Assembly: GCA_964199315.1 (NCBI GenBank)
Contig: OZ116698.1
Span: 15,624,001 to 15,688,000, forward strand
DNA: 64,000 nucleotides
Source of the DNA: Orbicella franksi
Lineage: Eukaryota
Direction: 5' to 3'
The translations under genes and the position numbers were made by a program. The notes below the pieces were generated by a model that saw only the letters and a list, made by a program, of their open reading frames with translations, had not been told where the DNA came from and did no database searches. Positions 36,947-53,303 of this stretch are shown in pieces (position 1 is the first letter of the stretch; each line of letters starts with the position of its first letter).

Positions 36947-39900
36947 TCAATGTGGCTCTTCACTCCATGACCATCTGTTGGGCTCGGAGGCCTTCTCCAC
37001 ATCTGGACAATACCCGTTAACACATTCCTCCTTTAACATGAGGACAGCTTCAGCCAGCTGCATGTAATCCTCCTTAATATTGTACACTTGAGCTGATACT
37101 CGGCACCACAAGGAGGCCTGCACACTGACAAAAGTAGCAACAACTTTGTACTTGTTGTAGACATCGCTAATCATCTTATGAGCTCCTTCACATGTTGCAC
37201 CATAGGCTACAGACATTTCACTTGGGATGCGGATGACTGCCATGCATGGAGCACGTATGGAGTCTGGGATGGGAAGTACCTCTGTGTCCCAAGCTTCTGC
37301 TAGCATTGTTGAAGCCCAAGATGCAAGTTGGCTGTTGTACTTTGTTATGGCGCTCTAGTCACAACAAAAAACAAATAAGATGAACTATACTTGATTCCAA
37401 CTACAGCAGGTAAGTCTTTACAAGTCTGGTGGTATGAGACCACTAGAGGAATTTCTGATTCCTGAGTAAGGGATGCTAGCCCATTGCAGGCCACCAACTC
37501 CCCTGCACTGCAAGAATGGGTAATTGTGAAGAACAGCTCCTGTAAAACTGTCAGTAACCTGTCAGTAGCCTGTTGGTAGCTTATAAGTAACCTGTTGGTA
37601 ACCTGTCCGCCACTGAACAGTTGACTGACAGTCGGTTTGCGATCTTTTCTTCATATCATTGTCATCATAGTCCTAGCTCTCCTCTGGGTCCAATCAGGGA
37701 GAATAGGGCCATACTTACCTAATAAAGTTTGCCTAGAGAGGCAACCCAAGACTGAAACGTCTTGTCCAAGAAAGTGACACCATCAGAACGACTCAGAATG
37801 ACACCAGCAGCAAAATCACTGCAACTCTCACTACCACAAAGCTACTTAGGATGAGCAGGTTGGCCACAACAAACACTTAACATCAGGCATGATAGCATAC
37901 AACACCCAATATCTTCAACTTCTTGTCAGAAATGACCAATTCCCTCTTTTGCCACTTGGCCATCAGATAATAAACATTAATCACAACTGTCAAACTGGGT
38001 CATTAAAATCAGGGTTTGATCTCATTCGCAGTTAACTTAAATATAATAAAAAATACTAAATACATTCTAAATACATCCTATTTCCTTGCAGTGAATGGAT
38101 TTCAAAGAGTGCTCAACTCTTGGAGGAGCATTGAATATTAACTGAAACCAGTTCAGGACTTCAGGAGTGATTCATCGTTTTATCGCTACAGTCCTGTTTC
38201 GTATGGTCAAAGAGTGACCACACTCATCAGGCAACATCATGTTGCCATGATGAGTGTGGTCACTGTTTGACCATACGAAACAGGACTGTAGCAATAAAAC
38301 GATGAATCACTCCTGAAGTCCTGAACTGGTTTCAATTAATAAGATTAAATACATATATAAATAGCAACAAAGTAATCTGGACTTGTAGTACATGCATGCA
38401 AAACCTTGCATTCAGAAGTAAGCTCAAAAAATAGTTGTTGAATCTTATTAGTTTTGATTTTGCACCAACTTAATATTATCATTCTGAACTAATTGTAACA
38501 CTTTAAAATTCATTTATTACTGTCACTGAAAGATTAGAAAACAACAAAACCAAAATCATATACTACATTATTGATGAATACATAAGCCATGCACCCACCA
38601 TGCCACCAATTTCTTGATAGAACTTGAGAGCAGTTGCAGCTGAAGTGTAAGGTGTGTGATCAATAGTACCTTGCTGAAAGAACCTGTCCTGAAGGCTCTT
38701 GTCATGGCTCCATGACACAATTGATGGAACTATGATGTCATTGAATTTGGGGCTCACCCACAGTATGGCACAACCACGTGGAGCGAACAGCCATTTATGA
38801 AGATTTCCTAGTAAGTGGGCAAAAATGACTTAACATTATGAAAAAATTAATTGTGAACCGCTTGGAAATGGATTATAAACAACTTTCTTACTGAAAAGCT
38901 GGGTATTGACAAGAGAGTAACTACCCTTTATTACTGAACAGATATAAACATATTTTCATGATCAGACGATCACCAGGATGCTTGAATCAGCTTACAATGT
39001 TTGCAGGAGCACTATGTACAGGAAATTTAACAAACAAAAGTTGCTGTAATCTCACTCTTTTGCATTTGTACGGAGTGAAAAATCTATGAAACCTGTAGTT
39101 TTGGTCACTTTAGTCTGACATTTAAAGATCAAAGGATGTCATTTTATTTTACTCTTTCCAGTTGTAAGAAAATCCTTGTCTGTTGCCCTGGTTTTCTCTA
39201 CTCTAGCAATTACAAATGCATGATATAGCTTTACTTTGTTAATGAAATAATTTTAAAATTGTACATTATAGTTAATAAACTGTATCTTAATTAACTGAAC
39301 CTGCTGTTAGTGAGCTTTAATCTATAAAAAGGCAAGTCGACCACACAGCAATGTTTCAGCCCGAAAATTTTACTTGAGGGCCAAATTGGCCCCTGAAGAT
39401 CTTTTTTAGGGGCCAATTTTTTCGGAAAGGGGCCAATAAATTGAAAGCTACAGAAGGAAAAAATGCATCAGGGTACCAAGAAAAAAAACCAGCTTATTAG
39501 GATCTATGATAAAATTTAATAGTAAGTGCTTTTTGAAGTGTTTCTACTCTATAAACTTTCTTTTGAATCAGATACCAGTCTGAAGGATCGGTGTATTACA
39601 AGAGAACAATCCTTAGGCATACCTGACCTAGTCAATGATTAAGGGTTTGCAATGCATTATAGGACGTTTTTTAACACGGTCAGCCATTTGGAAGTTTTAC
39701 GATGTGAGAGAATCAACACACCAAAACAAAAGGACGGATTGGCTTCTTTTTAGTGCAGAGTGCACTATTGGGATGGTTTTGGGGGTTGCCTGCCGCTAAG
39801 GAACTAAGGCACTATGGCGCTATGGCGCTATGGCCCTATGGCGCTAATGTGTAAACTTTAATGTTTGTTTAATTAATTAATTTCAATTAATTAATTAGTC

Positions 39901-42900
39901 TAGAGGCAAGGAAGTAGTGGGAGTAGGGTGGGAAAGGTACATGTGTACTTTACGTAAAACACATTCCATCGCCGTCGCTTAACTTTGAACATCGCAAAGC
40001 TATATATTTGTTTCAGGTAACCCCTTGCTCTCCTTGTGGTACCATTCTCCTTAGAACAAAACTAATTTGCCCTAAACACATGCGTAGATTAGTTAGGGTT
40101 CGTGGCTTCTGTATTAGGTGAAGGATACATTGCATACGGAATCACGCACAAATGTTGAGTGGTTTTCCTTATGGTAGAGCTCAACATGTAAGACGTATGC
40201 GTTCTAGCATTGTTAGTGTTATACACTATCTTTACACGCAGTATTTTATATATCGTTTCATGTGACCAAGGACGGCAGTTATTTTTCAGGTAGCGCCAAT
40301 TGTCCCTTTTTATTGCAAACGTGAAACGTTACTGTGGCTGCGTAGCTTTTAGAATTACACACAGGTCGGTTCAACAAATATCATCTGCTGTTTTCAATCT
40401 ACAATAGTGTGCTTGTCAGGGTTCAAATGTATTGCTTCTCCTTAGCGACTTGTTTATTTCTTGCCTTAATTGTGTCTGTAAGAGAGACCAAAAAGTTCTC
40501 AAGTTAGTGGCTTTAATACTCCGCAAATTGTGAATTTGTAACAAAAGAAACCAGGAAAATGCTCAAATATTGCTGCAGACGCCGTGGCACCTAATGAAAG
40601 CGCAAATTAATTTAAGCAGTCTTTGAGACTCATTCATATCGGCCAAGTAGCGCTGTTTATCTTCAATACTTTTCGTTGAAACGCTTCTCAGCCATCAATA
40701 TCGTTGTGTGTTAATTTTGAATTGTTTTATTGTTAACAACAAAGGTGGCAACAGAAAAAGAAAGTGGTATTTCGTGGCTATCTGATAATTAAATTAGTTC
40801 TTGTTCATTGGTAAAAATTTGCATTTTTAGCAAAACATCATCTCTGTTCCGTTTCTTCATCACTACATCAGATATTTAACTTTCTTTCATTTATCTCCAA
40901 AAAACAAGGACATCTTCCGTATGTTTTGGAGAAAACAGGGGTTTCATATTACATGGCTTTGCAAGGAAAACAAAAGTATCAAGTTACAAAGTTGGCGTGA
41001 AGAGCTAAATTGTCATGTTTGCTGCTTCAGCGTATTGTTGAATTTAAAATGAACGAAAATCAACTTAAAGCACCAGTAGTAATTAATTTGTGCATAATGT
41101 TTGGACCTTGAATGAAAATACAACCTTGAAACATACACACTGCGAAGGGGAAAAGCCGTAGCAGACTACCAAGGTAGACACAAACCGGAAGTGAACCGAA
41201 CAGGGGTGAGTACTTATGGGACTACTGTACCAGAGCTATCAATTGCGCTCTGCACTATCTGAGATTGTCTCACTAGTCTTATGTTGAATGTTTTAGAATG
41301 TTGAACGTTTTTCAATATGATTTCTAGAAGGACATTATGTGTGACAAAATAACCGTTGTTGATCATCAACACACAGAAATGTAGTCGGCATTATGGGAAC
41401 TAAACCAGAATTTTTGGTTGCCAAGGATGAAACGTTAGTTGCATTGGTGACCGATACTGTCGCAATTTCAAGCCCTGGGATGGCTTTTAAAATACTATGC
41501 CTGTGTTAAGCCTGCAGCCTTGTAAAAAGAAAGGGCCAAATTGTCCCTTTTTTCGTTTTTCTGGGGGCCATCTCTGATTCCAATGCGGGATTCCTGCAAT
41601 GGTGTGGTTTGGCGGAAACACCGCACAGTTAAATGAAAGCTTCAAAATTTTGTCAAGATTGTTGGCTAGGAATATCATGGAGATTATAGCCACACAACGA
41701 TGAGTTATTCCCTCTATATAGTGTGTCTGCAGGAAAATATGGTACTTCTGTTCATTACAATAAAACAAGTCCAATTATTATAGTGGAATACAACTTATGC
41801 GATTCCCTGCAGATGCATTTCATGGAGAAAAAATGATCACTAAACAAACAAAATGAACAATAGCAAACTCAACTAATGAATCTGATAAAAATTGTTTAAC
41901 TTACCAACAAAGAAGTCTGCCCCAAGCTTGTTAAGATCCAAAGGAATTTGTCCAGGAGCATGGGCACCATCAACCAACACCAAAACATTATGCTTATGGC
42001 AGACCTCAGTAAGCTTCTTAACTGGAAGCTTCAATGCGCTAATACTAGTAATTGAATCTACGATTGCCAGCTTTACATTTGGGTTTTCCTGTAAAACTTT
42101 CTCATAGTGTTGGACAACCTCAGTAGCATGGTACTTAACAGACCCAGTCATGTCTGACGTTGGAAATGTAATATTAAGGACCAGTAATTTGGCTTTCTTC
42201 TCTCGGCAGATCTCCTGTGCTGTCATCTGGACAGAACCATAAGTTTGATTTGTTATAAGAATGCCATCACCCTCATTAAAATCAATACACTTGAGAACTG
42301 TGTTGATACCAGATGTTGCATTAGCAACAAACACCATGTCTTTGACATCTGCTCCAACAAACTTGGCTGTAGCTTCTAGAGATGAGTTCCACAGATTCTG
42401 CACCTTGTATCTGAACCAAGCATCTGGACATTTTTCCATCTCTTCCTGGGTATTAAAGGAAGAATTTGCGACAAACTGAAATTAATTAATTATGCCATAA
42501 AATTCAATCTATAAAATTGATAAATAAGGGAAGGGTGGCCATGGAATGCCAGGAAGAACGCTCAAGTCTGCTCGCTACATTATTCTTAGGGGTAAAACAA
42601 CTAAAAGCATGTGATGTAAGGCCAGCCCAAAGAGAACAGATGACCACTGACTCTCACTAGGCAAAAAACTGTCACACTGCTAACAACAGTGAAGTGGCCA
42701 ATAAAGACTTCAAGCTGATGAAAACATGAATACTGTTAACATTCAAATTCTTACAGAAAAACACTAACTGCACTTAACATCAGCACTTTGTCTTCATAGT
42801 TAACTAGGTCAAATTGCATTTGACTGCGTTAATTACCTGAAATTGCCATCGAGCCTCCATAACTCTCTTAGGAACAGTACCAAATGATCCATGGTTAGTC

Positions 42901-44502
42901 ACTATGACACCATTATCAAGCATAAACTTGCTCTTTTTCATATTTTTGCCATACATAGCTTGCCTGTAGTCTGGGCCAAATATGAAAGTGAACACCGCAC
43001 TGACTGACTTGATCACTGCTGCCCACCACACAAACACAACAAATGTTCCAAGTTGACAAAGCCTAGAGTGAAAAATACAAAAGTCAGTGTTTCTATAAGA
43101 AATTATATGCACTACAAGAACTCAGTTTAAGCTCAATATATATAGAAATATCTCCATACAACAAGATACCCACATCACAGACATACTTTAAAGGGGCTAG
43201 GTCATGCTATTTTAGGTAATTTTGTTTAATTTTGTTAATTATGAGTTCTAAATGTCAAATTGGCAGAGCAAAAGTCTTTCATTTGCAAAATCATGGCCAC
43301 ATAACAACTGAGAATGATTTTCCAGCTGTGTAAATGACATTTTGATATAAACTGATATAAATTTGAAAAAAGGTGGGCCGATGTTTTTCAAATTTACCCA
43401 AATGCAATCCATTTTAATCCTCTCCAGTTTTGCCCATCCATGTCCCTTCTAGGCTTTTCTGTGTTTTGCTCGAGATCTTCTATAGTTTTGAGCTGTTTTT
43501 GTGATATTTTAGTTAATTCTATGACCATTTGATCAGTGCTGAAATTGCCTAAAATTGCGTGACCTAGTCCTTTTAAAGTGGCTTTCATCACAAGCTTTAT
43601 TTGAGAACATTTTCTGAAGGAAATAGTCAATTTTCACCTTGCACCTCATTGTGTAAACACTTTGGAAAGAAGCACTAAGGATTCGTGTTTCTCTAGATGC
43701 ATTTCTCCATGTCCTTTGAAAATTCCTGTTTAATATTATGTGATATAAATGATTCAACTCAACAATGCAATCAAGCATGATGACTATTCCCTAATTATAC
43801 TAATAATCGATTGCATTCATTTGTTGGTATGATGCCAAATATGATAAAAAAAAAAAACTACGATTTTAACAGAAAGGCCACCACCAAGGTGGCTGTTTTG
43901 TTGCTAAAAATCATGTGCTTATTGGAAAATGACCATGGCCATTCAAGGTGTTTTGAAGGTGGTTGAGGTTCACCCAAGGGTTTCCAAAGATACCCAGAAC
44001 CTTTATAAAGATTTCCAATCTTCTGAAGATTTTCCAACGTCATTTGAGGTTTTACAAATATTTTTGGAATATTCCGAAGATGGGCCCTGCAGCCAGTCTA
44101 TTTTTTAAGAGTATCAAAAGCAAGTAATGTAATCACATGATATTCTTGTGCAATTTTGAAAAAAAAATAAGCACTTTTAAATTTTTCTAAGACTACAATC
44201 TACTCTCCGCCTTATCCCGTTGAATAATTTACCCTACGTGGTTGTTTATTCCAAGTAGCAATTGAAATCATACATGTGTCACTGTATACCTCCACATATC
44301 AGCCGTTTTACATAGGATTTCAATAAGCTCCAAGTCGGGGCCATAGTTCCAAGTTGGTCTCCTATTACCAACTATATCGGGTCTGACTGATTTCCTTCAA
44401 CCAAGGAGCAACTCAACTTCGATCTTTAGACATTACATTAAAAGTTGTGCCACAGTACCTTCTGATACGGCTTCCTTGCAACGAATCAACGTCCATGTCC
44501 AT
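36947..44502 (-). CDS. Class-V PLP-dependent C-S lyase (hercynylcysteine sulfoxide lyase Egt2 / L-cysteine desulfhydrase / isopenicillin-N epimerase-like), about 475 aa, 5 exons
   Basis: In-phase exons (minus): 44502-44459, 43062-42837, 42445-41905, 38807-38599, 37354-36947 (1428 nt). Motifs NHGSFG, FVANATSGINTV, LVDGAHAPGQ, GNLHKWLFAPRG (PLP lysine), QGTIDHT, WCRVSAQVYN. Exon 1 is supported only by phase match and a good donor. Confidence 0.88.
37548..37613. repeat. Degenerate 11-bp minisatellite (CTGTCAGTAAC-like)
   Basis: About 6 imperfect tandem units in lyase intron 4. Confidence 0.6.
38136..38341. repeat. 206-bp foldback (102-bp arms, 3 substitutions + 1 indel, centre 38238)
   Basis: Direct comparison of 38136-38237 with the reverse complement of 38239-38341. 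Confidence 0.95.
38181..38237 (-). ncRNA. Type I hammerhead ribozyme (minimal, Penelope-like-element type)
   Basis: Minus strand: stem I UGUUGC, core CUGAUGA, 9-bp stem II GUGUGGUCA-CUCUU-UGACCAUAC, GAAA, stem III ACA-GGAC-UGU, cleavage triplet GUA (cut between 38187 and 38186), stem I' GCGAUA. Confidence 0.85.
43192..43572. mobile_element. 381-bp TTAA-flanked MITE (Kolobok/piggyBac-type target) in lyase intron 1
   Basis: TIRs AGGGGCTAGGTCATGCTATTTTAGGTAATTT / AAATTGCCTAAAATTGCGTGACCTAGTCCTT; TTAA at 43188-43191 and 43573-43576. Confidence 0.8.
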
Positions 44503-45031
44503 TACGACAAGTCATAAAACTTGAAACACAACTACAACTTTTCTCATACGAGTTTCCAAATTTTGGACCGAATTCCGAATTAATTAGCTCTCAAGCTGAA
44601 TCAGAATACAAAATTTGCAAGTGTGGATGAACACTTAATTAAGTTAAGAGTGATCTATACAAGAACATATTTCGTCAATTCTTTCGATCATCTGTGAAGT
44701 CAGAAGATCACCGCATCACCGAACAAATTTCATCGATCCCAGATTCCCCAGACCCAGAAGCGTCATTCTAATATCCCATAATGCATTTCAAGCGACACTT
44801 TCGGAGTGCGTCATTTCGCTCGGGCTGTTCGTTTCCTCGGTGTTTTAGATTTCTTCCCAGGTATAAAATCGTTCGAATCCTTCTTATTTTTTGCCCATCT
44901 ATAAGTCAGTTCAATATGATTCGAAAGCACACAGAGGCCTTTACAAGGCTGCGTGGTTTTCGTCCCCGTGGAAAGCTATATATCCAACTATTTTCGTTTC
45001 GCTCTTTCTTGTCAAGGCGTCAATTCACATT
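44503..45031. promoter_or_regulatory. Putative bidirectional promoter, PLP lyase / DDX39B
   Basis: Divergent start codons 529 bp apart (depends on the lyase exon 1 call). Confidence 0.6.
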
Positions 45032-50213
<5,182 letters not shown>

Positions 50214-50454
50214 AAAAGTGTAGCTACAGAGCATCCTTGATAACTGTTTTGTGTACGCCAAGAACGAAGACTATCCTGAGAAAAAATTATGTACTCTCTT
50301 CTCCAGTCACTTTTAAATACATTCTAGGAGAGATATCAAGACATCATTCTTGCTAGGATGGAGGCATTTTATTCACCAATTTGTATAAGCATACCACTTG
50401 TTTTTGAGTTCTTAATATTGTTTATCAATGTGTGTATTTTTACCGATTATGTGA

Positions 50455-50460
50455 AATAAA
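50455..50460 (+). terminator. Polyadenylation signal of DDX39B
   Basis: AATAAA 240 nt after the stop, followed by GT/T-rich sequence. Confidence 0.6.
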
Positions 50461-51122
50461 GTTGTACCTAAGTGTATGCTGTGTTGTTTAAAAAATGTAA
50501 GGAATGGGAGGAGATACCTAGTTAAAATTGGATGGAACATGTTCAAAAAATAATAATCTTATCTGATGTGGGGTCAAATGTGTACAAATTTACCTGAACA
50601 GCAGAACCGAAATTAGCCTCTTCTTTCTAAGGGGTATTTAAGACACCATTCGTTGAGATTTCGGTGTGAAAATAAAATCGTCACTGAAAATTGCAATGCC
50701 AACAATAAGCTGCATCAAATGAAATTATTGTTTCGTGAGAGGCAATTTCATGTTGATGGTGGCTTCAAGGTTTTATATAGTTGAACAAACGAAATAAAAG
50801 ATGAACACAAACAATGCACCTAGCCTTATGGATGAAAGAGGTGTCAAATTAATAAGACTGAAAGTAGAGGTTTAAGTGTTGAGGCCAACCGTGAGACAAA
50901 CAATCTTTATTTAAAAGTTGTAACGTGATGATTTGACTGCTATTTCCCCCTAGCGCTGGTGCAGTTGCCATCATTCTAAGGGTGTGTGTAAATACAAGAA
51001 GTGGATAATGATAACACGGACACCTAATGCTATGAGGCCAATCTAGATCATCAAGGCAGTTTGACGGCATTTATTTCCCGGGGTTTTTGTTTGTCTTTAT
51101 CCCGATCGTCCATAGCAACACT

Positions 51123-51380
51123 TAAGCAAACTTGTGTGCTGGTGAGGACGGCCGGATATAAGCATAAGGGTAATGTTAAAACCTCGCGTTCTTCTTGTGC
51201 TTACGCTTATGTCACTGTTGTGTCCACTGGGAATGTGCAGAAGCATGAACATAAGGGAAATACTTTCAGCCAATCAGCGAGCATTACGCTTTTGCCAAAC
51301 AATCATCTCTTTGCTAAACACAAGCATAAGAAGAACGCTAATGCTTACGTCGCTGCCGTCCCCGCTAGCGTGTAAGCCCG
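51123..51380. mobile_element. Degenerate MITE-like element
   Basis: Imperfect TIRs GCTGGTGAGGACGGC..TAAGCAT / ATGCTTAC..GCCGTCCCCGCTAGC. Confidence 0.4.
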
Positions 51381-51803
51381 GGCGTGTAAGCTTCTTATAC
51401 CTGTGCTTTTGCTTGCGTTGCAAGTGACGACGGCTTTTATGAGCGGAGACACTTTGATGATGCCAAGGTTTAACTCGGTGAAATATGGTAAGCACTCGAT
51501 CAGATATCTAGGACCCAAATTGTGGTCAAAATTACTAAAGAGCATAAGAGAGGCCACATCTCTCAACACTTTTAAGACGAACATCAGAAATCTCAACAAT
51601 CTTGATGCATTACTGGATGATGGCTGCAGAGGCTGTCCGCTCTGCTCTTCCTAAAGAATTTTTTAAGTAGGTATTATTGTGATGTGAAGTTTATATGAAA
51701 TAATTCATATATGAACTGCGGTTGTAGATGAAAGTGAAGAATGATCATCGCAGTTAATTTTCCAATTTAAGCAATTGGAAAGAAGAAGCCTGAAAAAAAA
51801 TCA

Positions 51804-51876
51804 GGGCTTCAACGAGATTCGAACCCGTGACCTCCGCGATACCGGTGCGATGCTCTACCAACTGAGCTATGAAACC
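51804..51876 (-). tRNA. tRNA-like sequence (anticodon position GGT), repeat-borne, probably not a decoding tRNA
   Basis: 73 nt, cloverleaf: GGTTTCA/TGAAGCC acceptor, GCTCAGTTGGTAGAGC D arm, ACGGG-TTCGAAT-CTCGT T arm; C at position 33 and A31-C39 mismatch. Confidence 0.55.
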
Positions 51877-52056
51877 ACACATTGGGAGCGAGGTCAATTA
51901 GTTGAGTTCATATCTTCCCGTGAGGAGTGAAATGATGTGAAGTTTATATGAAATAATTCACATATGAACTGCGGTTGTAGATGAAAGTGAAGAATGATCA
52001 TCGCAGTTAATTTTCCAATTTAAGCAATTGGAAAGAAGAAGCCTGAAAAAAAATCA

Positions 52057-52129
52057 GGGCTTCAACGAGATTCGAACCCGTGACCTCCGCGATACCGGTG
52101 CGATGCTCTACCAACTGAGCTATGAAACC
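52057..52129 (-). tRNA. tRNA-like sequence, second identical copy
   Basis: Same as 51804-51876, shifted by 253 bp. Confidence 0.55.
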
Positions 52130-52426
52130 ACACATTGGGAGCGAGGTCAATTAGTTGAGTTCATATCTTCCCGTGAGGAGTGAAATGATGTGAAGTTTAT
52201 ATGAAATAATTCACATATGAACTGCGGTTGTAGATGAAAGTGAAGAATGATCATCGCAGTTAATTTTCCAATTTAAGCAAGCAATTGGAAAATTAACTGC
52301 GATGATCATTCTTCACTTTCATCTACAACCGCAGTTCATATGTGAATTATTTCATATAAACTTCACATCATTTCACTCCTCACGGGAAGATATGAACTCA
52401 ACTAATTGACCTCGCTCCCAATGTGT

Positions 52427-52499
52427 GGCTTCATAGCTCAGTTGGTAGAGCATCGCACCGGCATCGCGGAGGTCACGGGTTCGAATCTCGTTGAAGCCC
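52427..52499 (+). tRNA. tRNA-like sequence, inverted copy (anticodon position GGC)
   Basis: Perfect GGCTTCA/TGAAGCC acceptor stem, A and B boxes, followed by a T7 run (Pol III terminator-like). Confidence 0.55.
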
Positions 52500-52771
52500 T
52501 GATTTTTTTCAGGCTTCTTCTTTCCAATTGCTTAAATTGGAAAATTAACTGCGATGATCATTCTTCCCTTCCTTCCCTTACTTTTAGGTATTATTGTATT
52601 ATAAAATCCACTGTACATAGTCTCATAACATATTTAAACTTGGATTTAAATTTTACTATTGTAAATAGCTATACGTTTTTTTTTTTTAACTTAACTCGCT
52701 TTTGTTATGTCCCCGTATTAGTAGGGGAGTTTTTCCCCAGCTAGGTGGTTGATGACATTCTTAATAAAGTT

Positions 52772-52772
<1 letters not shown>

Positions 52773-52860
<88 letters not shown>
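52773..52860 (+). repeat. (CTAT)22 microsatellite / LINE tail
   Basis: Perfect 4-bp repeat, 88 nt. Confidence 0.95.
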
Positions 52861-53151
52861 AACAAACAGTTGTGTCCTGTCGTAAACTTGTCGTAAACAC
52901 CCTTTCATTCAAAATTTACACAACTAAATGAATCTGACTGAGACCACGAGCATTTTGACTCCTTTCTAATAGGAGATAAGTCGCCAGGAAAATATGTGAT
53001 AGAGTCTAATAGGGTCTCCTCGCCTCCAGGATTTCGCGCGGCCATTTTTTTCTCGCGGTTTTCTTTCGCGTCACGCACGAAGGACTAAGCGAAAGAGGGA
53101 CTACTGGTAGTCTAATAGGTCAAGGGAGTAAAGAAAAGGCCGGGTAAAGAG

Positions 53152-53303
53152 TAGCCTGCTTAACCAGGCGTATAAAGGGGAGGGGGTGAGGGAGGAGGAA
53201 GAGAATTTCCCTCCCTCCTCCCCCCAACTCCTCCGTTTTCTTTCCCCGAATTCTCGTCCTCGTCCCCTACCTGCTCCCCTTTATAGGCCTACTACGCAGG
53301 CTA
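53152..53303. mobile_element. ~150-bp TA-flanked MITE
   Basis: TAGCCTGC..AGGC.TATAAAGGGGA / TCCCCTTTATAGGCCT..GCAGGCTA. Confidence 0.7.

Larger units (their letters stand above)
51681..52584. mobile_element. Concatemeric tRNA-like retro-insertion: ~2.4 direct copies of a 253-bp unit plus ~1.1 inverted copy, 13-bp TSD
   Basis: Unit starts at 51681, 51934, 52187 (period 253); inversion junction near 52280; TAGGTATTATTGT at 51668-51680 and 52585-52597. Confidence 0.9.
51440..52860 (+). mobile_element. 5'-truncated non-LTR retrotransposon (CR1/L2-group 3' end) interrupted by a nested insertion
   Basis: ORF2 C-terminal remnant PRFNSVKYGKHSIRYLGPKLWSKL..SLNTFKTNI..CRGCPLCSS*, 3' UTR, AATAAA near 52763 and (CTAT)22 tail 52773-52860. 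Confidence 0.75.

Noticed and set aside
39340-41570. Large TIR transposon in lyase intron 3
   Set aside because: The similar GGGCCAAATT segments at ~39380 and ~41535 are in direct, not inverted, orientation, and no transposase remnant was recognised.
36947-44502. Recent bacterial/fungal horizontal transfer or contamination for the lyase gene
   Set aside because: It has four spliceosomal introns with host-type repeats and sits among animal genes; ancient transfer cannot be judged without a phylogeny.
51804-52499. Three functional tRNA-Thr(GGT)/Ala(GGC) genes
   Set aside because: C33, anticodon-stem mismatch, G34 anticodons atypical for eukaryotic four-codon boxes, and location inside a TSD-flanked insertion; treated as tRNA-like.
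51681-52584. CRISPR-like array or ribozyme-bearing retrozyme
   Set aside because: Units are contiguous with no unique spacers, and I found no CUGANGA/GAAA hammerhead core on either strand of the 253-bp unit.
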